Positions 1 to 9,133 of a stretch of DNA of 44,458 nt are shown here, piece after piece; positions within the stretch are counted from its first letter, which is position 1, and every line of letters begins with the position of its first letter. The notes beneath the pieces are model-generated. The model was not told the DNA's origin and did no database searches. It saw nothing but the letters and a program-made list of their open reading frames with translations. Source of the stretch: Candidatus Ratteibacteria bacterium (lineage in GTDB: Bacteria; Ratteibacteria; UBA8468; B48-G9; DTJG01); the NCBI GenBank assembly GCA_049971295.1, contig JBMFLH010000005.1:1-44458 (forward strand), given 5' to 3'. The translations under genes were made by a program, and so were the position numbers.

Positions 1-140
1 ATTCCTTTAAATTAAATATTAAAAAACATGACTTGAAGGTATTTAAAATTACAAGGGGTGAATAAAAAATTTCTGATGTTTTTTTGTAAATTTTTATTTT
101 TTATATGTGTTGGTCAATTTTACAGGCAGACAAAAGTGAT

Positions 141-1847
141 ATGAAAATAAAAGAAAAAAATAAAATTAAAATTGGAGAAGACAATACTATCTTTGTTAAT
201 GGTAAACCATTTTTCCCTATTGGTTTATGGAAATTACCAGGTATAAACGAACCATATCTTTGTGAATTAAAAAAAAATGGGTTCAATCTTTTTATGACAG
301 TTTATGAAAAAGAAGATACTTTTTTCCTTCTTAATCTTGCAGAAAAATATAATTTTAAGGTTATTATAGGCGCGTGTGGAAACTGGTATAAATTAATATG
401 CCAATCAGAAAACATATCTGAATATTTAGAAAAAGAAAAACATATTATAAAAGAAGAAATTCAAAAATACAGGAACCACGCTGCATTATTTGGATATTTT
501 ATTGCTGATGAGCCTGTCTGGACTAAAACACCTCTAAACCCAATATTATTTATTTATCAATTTCACAAAAAATATGACCCTTCGCACCCTGTATATATGA
601 ATCATGCACCAAGAAATAAGATTGAAGAACTTGCAGAATATAATAAGGCATGTGATATTACAGGTGCTGATATTTACCCTGTTCCAGCAGAAATAGGACA
701 CTCGGATTTACAGGACAAAACAGTTTCCTGTGTTGGTAAATATACAGAAAAAATGCGAGCCAGTGTTGAAAATAAAAAACCTGTCTGGATGACTTTACAG
801 GGCTTTTCCTGGGCACATTTTTATAATCTTAAAAATGAAGGTAAATATCCCACATTTGAAGAAATGAAATTTATGTGTTATGACTCTATTGTCCATGGAG
901 CAAAAGGAATATTTTTCTGGGGAACACATTACATTGCAGAATCTTCTTTCTGGAAAACCATTTTCAGAATATCTTCAGAAATAGGCTCAATTTCCCATAT
1001 TCTTACAAGTAAAACAATATTCCCTTCACAGGTTAAAATTGAAAACGATGATATTGTTTTACTTCACAAGGTTTATAATGGAAAAGATTACTTAATTGCA
1101 ATTAATGAGAAAAACAACAAATATAAGGTTAATTTCCAAACTAATTTTTTTGACAGTCAATTACAAGTAGTTTTTGAAAATAGAGCTGTTACTTTAAATA
1201 ATGGAATATTTTCTGATGTTTTTTTGCCTTATGAAGTCCATATATATACAAATGATGATAACTTACCTTTTGCACTTTTCTCAAGGCCAGAGATATATAT
1301 TGATAAAAGAGGAATTATAGCAAAAACCGAATTTTTGAGTAATTTCCCTATTTACGAAGGAGAGGCAAACTGGATTGGATATCCACAAAAAATGTATTTT
1401 CCGGGAAAAGAGGTTTTTTTCAGAAAAACTTTTAATCTTGGTGAGGATATTATTCTAGCAGAACTTATGATTGTTTCATACGGAAATCATATTATCTACT
1501 TGAATGGGAAAAAAATCCCACACAAAAATCTTGAATGGAATATTATGTGCAGATATGATATTACTTCGTATGTTAAAAAAGGTGAAAATATACTGGCAAT
1601 CCAATTGTTGAAAAAAGATATTCTTCCCCAAACATTAATGTTAGAAATTGAGTTGACCACGACTTCAAAAAATAAAACAAAAATTATTTCTGATACTTCT
1701 TTTTTAGTTACAGATATAAAATATAAAGGATGGTATAACCAGGCATTCAATGATAGTAATTGGAAGAAGGCAGAAATCAATAAAACAAAAAGAATTGTCC
1801 AGAGAATTATTCCATACAACGAAATATTGAAATCAGATCTTTTTTAG
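141..1847 (+). CDS. Putative glycoside hydrolase (GH-A clan-like TIM barrel) with C-terminal alpha-L-rhamnosidase-N-like jelly-roll domain
   Basis: Motifs FFPIGLW, FGYFIADEP, DITGADIYP, KPVWMTLQGF and HGAKGIFFW; C-terminal ANWI..VFFRKTF..IYLNGK..YDITSYVKKGENILAI..FNDSNWKKA. ATG 141 preferred over 105; start uncertain. Confidence 0.65.
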   Translation: MKIKEKNKIKIGEDNTIFVNGKPFFPIGLWKLPGINEPYLCELKKNGFNLFMTVYEKEDTFFLLNLAEKYNFKVIIGACGNWYKLICQSENISEYLEKEKHIIKEEIQKYRNHAALFGYFIADEPVWTKTPLNPILFIYQFHKKYDPSHPVYMNHAPRNKIEELAEYNKACDITGADIYPVPAEIGHSDLQDKTVSCVGKYTEKMRASVENKKPVWMTLQGFSWAHFYNLKNEGKYPTFEEMKFMCYDSIVHGAKGIFFWGTHYIAESSFWKTIFRISSEIGSISHILTSKTIFPSQVKIENDDIVLLHKVYNGKDYLIAINEKNNKYKVNFQTNFFDSQLQVVFENRAVTLNNGIFSDVFLPYEVHIYTNDDNLPFALFSRPEIYIDKRGIIAKTEFLSNFPIYEGEANWIGYPQKMYFPGKEVFFRKTFNLGEDIILAELMIVSYGNHIIYLNGKKIPHKNLEWNIMCRYDITSYVKKGENILAIQLLKKDILPQTLMLEIELTTTSKNKTKIISDTSFLVTDIKYKGWYNQAFNDSNWKKAEINKTKRIVQRIIPYNEILKSDLF

Positions 1848-1871
1848 AATGATTTTTCCTGGACATCAATT

Positions 1872-2729
1872 TTATTCTGCTATTTTCTTATAAATTGCAG
1901 GTCTTCTATATCTGGGATGGAATAATGGGTCACTTCTTCTTTTAATAAGAGTTTCTGCCCTAAGAGTGTGAATGACCATCTGTTCGTTTGTCTGTCCTGC
2001 AGGTGTTTCTGCTTCAATTTCACCAAATGGATTGATTATGATGACCAGTGGTGGCCCATAGTATTCAACTCCTTTTTCGCTTACTCCGCCACAGGAGTTA
2101 ATGGTAATGTGATATACGCCATTTTGCCACGCAACAGCCCTGAAATTGATCATTGCAAGTTCTCTCCAGGCATAATAAGATTTTTGAGGGTCTGTTTTAA
2201 TATCGATTTCCCAGCACATGTAAAACGGTGCAATGATAATTTCTGCACCATTAAGATATGATAATCTTGCTGACTCGCAGAACCAGTTGTCAAAGCAGAT
2301 ATTTACGCCGACCTTTGCCTTTCTGGTTTTAATCACTGTAAATTCATCACCTGATGTTTCAATGGTGTACTCAAGTGGCGGGATATGGGTTTTTCTATAC
2401 CTTCCCAAGAGCCCTTCAGGCGAAACAAAAACATAAGTGTTTCTGATGAGGTCTGAGTGGTCTTTTTCCGCGATGCCAAATCCGATTGTGATATTAAATG
2501 ATTTTGCAACTTCTATCATTTTTTGTGTTGAAGGACCGTTGAATGGTTCGCTTGCTTGGAAAAAAATTCTATCAAAGCAAAAACCAGTGATACTCATTTC
2601 AGGGAAAAGACACCATTCAACATTATGCTTTACTGCTTTTTCTATCCATCTGACATGTCTTTCTATATTTTGTTCTGGACTTGCAGGTTTGCTGAGCATT
2701 GAGATGGCAGCAACCTTAATATCTTCCAT
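1872..2729 (-). CDS. Carbon-nitrogen hydrolase (nitrilase family)
   Basis: Catalytic triad motifs LFPE, YRKTH and NICFD; start set at MEDIKV (2729) so it does not overlap the upstream gene. Confidence 0.9.
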   Translation of the reverse strand: MEDIKVAAISMLSKPASPEQNIERHVRWIEKAVKHNVEWCLFPEMSITGFCFDRIFFQASEPFNGPSTQKMIEVAKSFNITIGFGIAEKDHSDLIRNTYVFVSPEGLLGRYRKTHIPPLEYTIETSGDEFTVIKTRKAKVGVNICFDNWFCESARLSYLNGAEIIIAPFYMCWEIDIKTDPQKSYYAWRELAMINFRAVAWQNGVYHITINSCGGVSEKGVEYYGPPLVIIINPFGEIEAETPAGQTNEQMVIHTLRAETLIKRRSDPLFHPRYRRPAIYKKIAE

Positions 2730-2748
2730 GATTTCTCTCTGTTTCAAT

Positions 2749-4047
2749 TTAAATAACTTTCTGTCCTCTAACAAAAACAGAATCAATTTTTAATTTATAA
2801 TCTCCAGGTTTTCCCTGTATTTCTCCGATGACAAGGTCAGCAAATTTTCCGTTTTTCAATTCTCCTGTGTTCAGGTCATCCCCATTGTTTTTCTTAATCA
2901 TCCTTACGATATTTGTCGAACAGCACGACGAAGTGATACAGAGCGCTTTTTCAAAGTTTATTGCCGGATGATTTTTGTGCCATATTCCAGGCATTTGTTT
3001 TGTCAGGTAGGACAACAAATTTGAAAAAACCCTGTCAATTGTTACCATACTTCCATAAAGTGTTGTGGGACCTACTTTTGTAACATAGACATATCCGTGT
3101 TTGTTGTCAACAGTCCCACCAATTCCATCGCATTCAAACTGTTTAATTCCCTTTGACTGGCTTACAAAAACAGCGTCTGTGATTGCCATAATCTCTGGTG
3201 GTTTTTTCCTTGCGAAAACCTCCCTGATATACCATGGAGCAACATGATATCCATCCACAATAAGTTCAAGCATAATGTCAAGGGTTAATGCTGCTTCAAG
3301 TGCACCTCCTCCGTAGAAACTTTTATAAAGATTTCCAGTCGGGCCATTGAGAAAATGAATAAAATATTTCAGTCCTGCTGCAATTGCTTCTTTGAATTGC
3401 TCATATGTTGCAGATGTGTGACCTGCACCCACTGAAATACCTTTTGAAACAAGGTATCCAGTAAGTTTGACAGATTTTTTACCGTGATCAGGTGGCACAT
3501 TGACGAGTCGTGCAAGTCCGGTCTCATTGATATCATCAAAAATTGATTTTTCTGGTTCGAACGCATATTTTGGATTCATTGCTCCCTGATTTGCACGATT
3601 AATGAAAGTTCCTTCAATCATGGCGCCTGCGTAAAATTTACCCTCCCATGTTTCTTTATTGTTTCTGATGAATTTTTCAAGCTCTCTGAGGGCAAACTTT
3701 ATTTTTTCAAGCGGGATGGCTGCAGTTGAGGCATAGAGTCGTGTTACACCGGTTGATGCACGAAGGTTTGCCCATTGTTTCAAACCCTCCTGGTATATTT
3801 CGCTGGAACATTCAAAAACCTTTTTTTCTGGATTGTATCTTCCTGCATAAAAAGAAAAAAGTCCAGCACCATGCGTATGTAGTTCTATGAAGCCAGGAAA
3901 TACATATTTACCTTTTAAATCAATGACTTTGTCATCAGGTTTTTTTCTGATAGGTTTCTCAAGATGTATTTTTTCATTTCTGATCACAATATCAACACCT
4001 TTTTTCAGCCCTTTTTCAAAGCATAAAACCCCTTTTGTCAATCTCAT
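2749..4047 (-). CDS. nagA: N-acetylglucosamine-6-phosphate deacetylase-like amidohydrolase
   Basis: PGFIELHTHG, IEGTFIN, GHT, HFLN, DGYHV and ITDA match NagA metal/catalytic motifs; ATG 4047 follows a GGGGGT RBS-like sequence. Substrate not certain. Confidence 0.75.
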   Translation of the reverse strand: MRLTKGVLCFEKGLKKGVDIVIRNEKIHLEKPIRKKPDDKVIDLKGKYVFPGFIELHTHGAGLFSFYAGRYNPEKKVFECSSEIYQEGLKQWANLRASTGVTRLYASTAAIPLEKIKFALRELEKFIRNNKETWEGKFYAGAMIEGTFINRANQGAMNPKYAFEPEKSIFDDINETGLARLVNVPPDHGKKSVKLTGYLVSKGISVGAGHTSATYEQFKEAIAAGLKYFIHFLNGPTGNLYKSFYGGGALEAALTLDIMLELIVDGYHVAPWYIREVFARKKPPEIMAITDAVFVSQSKGIKQFECDGIGGTVDNKHGYVYVTKVGPTTLYGSMVTIDRVFSNLLSYLTKQMPGIWHKNHPAINFEKALCITSSCCSTNIVRMIKKNNGDDLNTGELKNGKFADLVIGEIQGKPGDYKLKIDSVFVRGQKVI

Positions 4048-4095
4048 TTTTTTACCCCCATTCTTTGAGAATTTTTGATAATCTTTCCAAAAAAT

Positions 4096-4104
4096 AGTAT
4101 AACA
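4096..4104 (-). promoter_or_regulatory. Extended -10 element (TGnTATACT) upstream of the nagA-like gene
   Basis: Minus strand reads TGTTATACT ~50 nt upstream of the ATG; no good -35. Confidence 0.4.
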
Positions 4105-4153
4105 TTTGAAATGAAATGACTGAAAAATTTGAAGATTTTTTAAAGGAAGAAAA

Positions 4154-5173
4154 ATGAAATCATCTAATTTTTTTGAAATAAGAATCGGGTTTATTAATCT
4201 TGTGAACAAAATTGGCTGGAAACAAGCACTGCAAAAGTATGAAAAGTATTTCAACATTTCTGAAGATGATGCAAAAACATGGTGGGAATGGTACGAAAAT
4301 GAAATATGCGTTCCTGAAGTTTGTTATGAGTTAGACAGTGGACCTCAGGTAATTAAAGGAAAAAAGGGTAGGGGAAAAAAGGTTGAGAAATTGCCACTCA
4401 TTGTGACAGGACAGGTAGATGTTGAATTTATGGGCAATGTTTATAAATTAACCAATGAAGGACTTTACAGGTTTTCAGTGATCACAAAAAGCGTGAGAAA
4501 TCTTATTATGATAAAAAACAGACATTCAGTGATACCGGTACTGAAAGCACTTTCCTTGATGCAAATACATGGAAACAGAGACCAATCAACGACAATGAAG
4601 CAGCGAAAAAAATTACTTCTTTCAAGATACTGGATTTCGCTCGCCTGTGGCGATATCTCTGCTCTAACAAAAGAAGTGCTTTCAGATGCAGAAATTACTT
4701 CACGCCTTGTAAGCGTCTTAACTCTTGAGGACTGGAATACCTATAACAATGGACATGTTCTTATTGAGGTTTTCTTCCCTGATGTATCAAGGTGGGTTCT
4801 TGTTGATGTTGATATGGGATATATATTTATGCACAATGGTGAACTATTAAGTTCGTACTCATTTTGGAAATGCTTGAAAGAAAACCGATGCATTATGTTT
4901 GTCCCTCTTTCACAAAAGGAAATTGACCCACTGTGGCTTGAAAACGACTATTATTCCTATGCTCATATGTGGCGAGTTATGGAGAGGGACCTCAATTCAA
5001 AACTTTCATGGTATAAGAGAATTTTTCAGACATTCGGTTTTCAATCAGAGGGCAAATTTATTTACATTGGGGATGGCAAAGATGCAAAAAGGATTATTGA
5101 ATACAGAGGACATTATTCAACAACGCTTCCTGAAAGAGAATTTATTGAAAAATTTTATTGTGAAAGGAGTTGA
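4154..5173 (+). CDS. Transglutaminase-like (Cys-His-Asp) domain protein
   Basis: LACGDIS ... GHVLIEVF ... WVLVDVD spacing is typical of the transglutaminase-like superfamily. Confidence 0.7.
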   Translation: MKSSNFFEIRIGFINLVNKIGWKQALQKYEKYFNISEDDAKTWWEWYENEICVPEVCYELDSGPQVIKGKKGRGKKVEKLPLIVTGQVDVEFMGNVYKLTNEGLYRFSVITKSVRNLIMIKNRHSVIPVLKALSLMQIHGNRDQSTTMKQRKKLLLSRYWISLACGDISALTKEVLSDAEITSRLVSVLTLEDWNTYNNGHVLIEVFFPDVSRWVLVDVDMGYIFMHNGELLSSYSFWKCLKENRCIMFVPLSQKEIDPLWLENDYYSYAHMWRVMERDLNSKLSWYKRIFQTFGFQSEGKFIYIGDGKDAKRIIEYRGHYSTTLPEREFIEKFYCERS

Positions 5174-5174
5174 A

Positions 5175-5477
5175 GTGAGTGAGAAAAAAGTACGATTGGG
5201 TCTTATAGGACTCGGATACAGGGCAGGAGGACTTGCCCGTATTTATCACCATCTGATTTTCAATAGCACTGTGGTGGCAGTTTGTGACAGAATAGAAGCA
5301 CTTGCACACAAAACAAAGGAAATATTGGAAGACCTTGATATAGCCATCTATACAGGCCATAGGAGAATGTTGAAGAAATTTTTAATTGATGCAGTGAGTA
5401 CTTTTGTCGTGCCAGAGCATAATCCGGATATTGTGTGTGAATGTCTTGAGGCAGGCAGACCAGGAAAAGTTTATTGA
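5175..5477 (+). pseudogene. Truncated Gfo/Idh/MocA oxidoreductase (N-terminal Rossmann domain only)
   Basis: GTG start after AAGGAG; VRLGLIGLGYRA..VVAVCD..CLEAGR, then ends before the EKP motif and collides with the convergent gene. Confidence 0.7.
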
Positions 5478-6721
5478 TGCGATCTGAATTCAATATGTGG
5501 TTCTGGCTTGTATAATATTTTAACCGGTCTTCCATCATTCAGAATTGACATTCTTCCTGCTTCAACCACCAGTTCATTGATAAAACTGTTTGCAGGTGTT
5601 GCGATGATGCCCTTTTTATCAATTTCTTCTATCATCTTCTGGCGATGCTGGAGATTATCACCAGCAATATCTTCAATTTGCTTGATTGCCCCAATGATTG
5701 CTGAAACAGAATCAGGCCCATATCCAACCGGCTTATATCCTTCTCCTTCCCACGGTACAAATCTGAAAAAATCAGGGCTTACATAATTATAAGCAGAACC
5801 TCCAGGACCTATGTTGTCAAGATAACAATAAGCGACTCCCCTGTACTGATCATCATGTTTGATCATGCCTGTTTTGTTATTACCCTCACAATACATCAAA
5901 AGTCCCTGGTCATTGCTTCCAGCACCTGCGTCAGGGTATCCAAGTCCATTAGTTACAGAAAGTATTGCGCCATTTTCAAATCTCACTCTTGCGTCAGACC
6001 ACATGAACCCAATATTTCCATTCGGGAATTTTCCTTTTACGCCTTCAACAGAAACTTCCACTGGCTTCAAATCAGTAATAAAGTAAACCAGGTCCACATA
6101 GTGGCAGCCAATGTACACAAAAGGATCTGTCCTATCAACAGTGAACCAGTTCTGAAAATTCGAGTGTCTATAATAGTATGGTTCAATAAGCTTTGCGTCG
6201 CCCATGGCAAATTCCCCGAATTGTCCCAGTCGATAAGCTCTTCTTGCTACAAGAGACCTTCTATCAAACCGTTTGTGATATTCAACTCCCACAAAAAGAC
6301 CTTTTTCCTTGACAATACTTTCTATTTCAGAGGCCTGTTTGTACTGTAAAACAAGGGGCTTTACGCAAAGAACGTGTTGATTGTTTTTTAATGCTTCAAT
6401 GACAACCTCGTAATGAAGATTATCAGGCATTGCGACAACCACGACCTGCCGTGGCTTCATTTTTGAAATGACTTCCTTATACAATTCCGGGTAATTGTTC
6501 TTTTCTGGTTCTGAAAAATCAGGATAGGGCGTGAATGATTGACCGGGAAATGCCTGTTGTAATTCCGGATTGTCCCTCAAATATTTCAAAGGAGCGCTGT
6601 TTAACGCGCAAATCTGAATGTTTCCGATGATGCCTGTTCTTTGAAGGTGATAAATTGTGGGCAGAAGAAGGTCGTTTGTTATCATTCCGCCACCTACGAT
6701 TGTTACATCCAGTTTTCCCAT
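5471..6721 (-). CDS. Gfo/Idh/MocA family NAD(P)-dependent oxidoreductase
   Basis: TIVGGG, AMPDNLH, HVLCVKP, EYHKRFD, GCHYVD; AGGAGG RBS before ATG 6721. Confidence 0.85.
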   Translation of the reverse strand: MGKLDVTIVGGGMITNDLLLPTIYHLQRTGIIGNIQICALNSAPLKYLRDNPELQQAFPGQSFTPYPDFSEPEKNNYPELYKEVISKMKPRQVVVVAMPDNLHYEVVIEALKNNQHVLCVKPLVLQYKQASEIESIVKEKGLFVGVEYHKRFDRRSLVARRAYRLGQFGEFAMGDAKLIEPYYYRHSNFQNWFTVDRTDPFVYIGCHYVDLVYFITDLKPVEVSVEGVKGKFPNGNIGFMWSDARVRFENGAILSVTNGLGYPDAGAGSNDQGLLMYCEGNNKTGMIKHDDQYRGVAYCYLDNIGPGGSAYNYVSPDFFRFVPWEGEGYKPVGYGPDSVSAIIGAIKQIEDIAGDNLQHRQKMIEEIDKKGIIATPANSFINELVVEAGRMSILNDGRPVKILYKPEPHIEFRSHQ

Positions 6722-6735
6722 ATGTTCCTCCTTTT

Positions 6736-6768
6736 GTGATTTTATGATAATATCTATTATAACATCAC
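6736..6768. promoter_or_regulatory. Imperfect palindrome / bidirectional promoter between divergent genes
   Basis: GTGATTTTATGATA-atatc-TATTATAACATCAC (12/14 match); contains TGTTATAAT on the minus strand and GATAAT on the plus strand. Confidence 0.55.
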
Positions 6769-6787
6769 TTTTTTTAAAGGACTGAAT

Positions 6788-8005
6788 ATGAGAATTTTTA
6801 AATTTCTTATTTTTGCATTCATTTGTGCGAGTATTGCATTCTGTCAAAGTGTTAATCAGCAGGAAAAAGCCGTTGCCGCAATTGTCGCTGACTGGTTTAA
6901 GTATTCACATCCAGATGTTCTTCTCACAAGAATTCTCAAAACATATTCTCTTGATGGAAAGGGACAAAAGTCCCAATTGAAACTTGTTTCTGTTTTCAGA
7001 GACAAACCTTCCAGCAAAGATTTAAGTATGGCATATGCTGAAGAATTTGGTTTTCAGGTATGTGATAGTGTGGAAGAGGCGCTTACCCTTAGAAAAGAGA
7101 CACTCGCGGTTGATGGAGTGATTATTTCAACAGAGTGGTGCGACTATCCTGTTTCGCCTACAGGTCAGGTTATGTATCCGAAACGAAGATTGTTTGAAGA
7201 TGTGGTAAAGGTGTTTCAAAAAACACACAGAGTTGTTCCCGTCTTTATTGATAAACATATTGCTGATAACTGGCAAGACATCATATGGATTTACAACACT
7301 GCAAGAAAAATGAAAATACCTTTGATGGCAGGTTCATCTGTACCGATCTCATGGCGGTATCCTCCATCTGATGTAGATACACATTCAAAATTGAAAGAAA
7401 TTGTTGGTATTTCATATCACACCCTTGATGGTTATGGATTCCATGGTTTGGAGATGATACAGTGTCTTGCAGAGCAGAGAAATGGTGGAGAAACAGGAAT
7501 TAAATCAGTTCAGTGCCTGACAGGACAGGATGTATGGAGTGCATCCGGGAAATTATATGACAGTAGTCTTTTGAACATGGCTGCCTGTATGGTTAGAAAA
7601 ATTCCTGAAGGAAAAACCTTGAAAGATATGGTCAAAGAGCCAGTGCTTTTTGTTATCAATTACAACGATGGATTGCGGGCATGCCTTTTTACTTTGAACA
7701 ACTTCGCATCTCAGTGGGCAGCAGCATGGAAATACGAAGATGGAAAGATGGATTCAAGTTTGTTTAAGCTTGATGATAATCTTTCAACCCTTATGCATTT
7801 TGCGAATCAGATGCAGGGAATTGAAAATATGATCATCACTGGTAAACCCGCCTGGCCTGTGGAACGCACGGTTCTCACAAGTGGTGCGCTTGACGCTCTT
7901 TTGATTTCAAAATTAAAATCAGGAAAAGTGGTCAGTACCCCATATTTGAAGATTTCATATAGGCCAACCTGGAAGTGGAAGCAGCCGGAAGGAGTTCCCC
8001 AATAA
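6788..8005 (+). CDS. Secreted conserved hypothetical protein, remotely Gfo/Idh/MocA-like
   Basis: Signal peptide; SHPDVLL, LAVDGV, VFIDKH, PLMAGSS, YGFHGLE and PVERT motifs that I recall from an uncharacterised Planctomycetes-type family. Confidence 0.55.
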   Translation: MRIFKFLIFAFICASIAFCQSVNQQEKAVAAIVADWFKYSHPDVLLTRILKTYSLDGKGQKSQLKLVSVFRDKPSSKDLSMAYAEEFGFQVCDSVEEALTLRKETLAVDGVIISTEWCDYPVSPTGQVMYPKRRLFEDVVKVFQKTHRVVPVFIDKHIADNWQDIIWIYNTARKMKIPLMAGSSVPISWRYPPSDVDTHSKLKEIVGISYHTLDGYGFHGLEMIQCLAEQRNGGETGIKSVQCLTGQDVWSASGKLYDSSLLNMAACMVRKIPEGKTLKDMVKEPVLFVINYNDGLRACLFTLNNFASQWAAAWKYEDGKMDSSLFKLDDNLSTLMHFANQMQGIENMIITGKPAWPVERTVLTSGALDALLISKLKSGKVVSTPYLKISYRPTWKWKQPEGVPQ

Positions 8006-8007
8006 AA

Positions 8008-8559
8008 CTATTTTCTGTCAGTTATTTTTGGTTGAAGGGGAAGTGGAGTCGGTAATGGCTGAGCACTTCTTTGCATTGCAGGAGCGACTTCCTGCACCAT
8101 CGGCGCAGGTGGAATTCTGGCTGTATTTGACAGCGCTTCAGCAATGTCCTCAAAAATCATCAGCAATTTTATCTGTTGTTCTGGTGTGAGGAGTTTTAGT
8201 ATATCCTTTTTTAGTTTCTGCAGATTTTCAAAATTTGTTTGATAGATTTTCTCAATCTCCGCGGTTTTTTCATCAATATTTTTTAATGATGTCTGCGTTT
8301 CAAGCATTCTTCTAAGTTCTGTAACAATTTTTTCTCTGGATTCTCTTTGCTGTCTTATGAATTCAGCCATTTCCCTGAATTTTGAAATAAATTGTGGCAT
8401 TTGTTCATCTGCGATTTCAAGTTCATTAATCATTCTAACTAAAATATCGTTTTCCCTGTCTTTCTGCATGCGCTGCAACTGTTGTGGCATCCTCAATTCC
8501 TGAGCAAATCCTGTGCATACAATGAGCAATGTTTCCAAGATTCCTATCAGTTTTTTCAT
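8008..8559 (-). CDS. Spy/CpxP-like periplasmic helical protein
   Basis: Signal peptide, helical Q/E/R-rich body, LTPEQQ motif, Pro-rich tail; AGGAGG RBS. Confidence 0.6.
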   Translation of the reverse strand: MKKLIGILETLLIVCTGFAQELRMPQQLQRMQKDRENDILVRMINELEIADEQMPQFISKFREMAEFIRQQRESREKIVTELRRMLETQTSLKNIDEKTAEIEKIYQTNFENLQKLKKDILKLLTPEQQIKLLMIFEDIAEALSNTARIPPAPMVQEVAPAMQRSAQPLPTPLPLQPKITDRK

Positions 8560-8580
8560 GGCATCCTCCTGATTTTTTAT

Positions 8581-9132
8581 TTATATTATTTCATCAGTTT
8601 GTTTCTTGCAAGTTTCTGTACCTCTTCTGGTGCAATATCTTCGGGTCCTGTCATAAAAAAGGAAGTACCAGAAAAATATTTTTCTCAATTTGCCGTGATA
8701 TCTATTTCTTGGTGCTTCAAGGAAGGATACTGCTATTTCATCGTCATTCATCAAGACGCAAGGAATTCTTAGTTGTCCAAATGAAAGTGTATGGAAATGC
8801 CAGTATGGTTTTTTCATATAAATAAGAACTGTTCATTTTTTTATTTTCCCTTTTCCTGGATGAAGATAGCGAAATTGACCGATATCAGGAAGCGTCGTCA
8901 TTAATTCTTTTGGAACAAAATCTTCAAACGATTGTGGAGGTTTATGATTCATCTTTATATAGAGAGAAAGAAGTTGAGAAAGTGTGTGTATCTGGCAGAC
9001 ATATTTTGCACCGTTTTCGCATTCTATGCCGCCAATTTGCATCCTGAGAAATAGAATGAAAATCAAGAATACCGCGCTGGCAAGAAGACAACGGTTTTTT
9101 AATTTCATCAATAGTTTGTACTCCACTTTCAC
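8581..9132 (-). pseudogene. Membrane-anchored pseudopilin-like protein interrupted by an in-frame TGA (8833-8835)
   Basis: ORFs 8833..9132 and 8581..8817 are in the same frame: ...GKIKK-TGA-TVLIY-MKKPYW...; N-terminal TM helix followed by CQIHTLSQLLSLY...PQSFEDFVP. Confidence 0.55.
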
Positions 9133-9133
9133 A

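Noticed and set aside
4048..4257. 70-aa N-terminal extension of the NagA-like ORF (likewise extensions on 5471..6847, 4899..5477 and 36596..37252)
   Set aside because: These overlap neighbouring genes or promoters, and better starts lie downstream.
8833..8835. Selenocysteine at the in-frame TGA
   Set aside because: No SECIS-like hairpin downstream and no redox-motif context.
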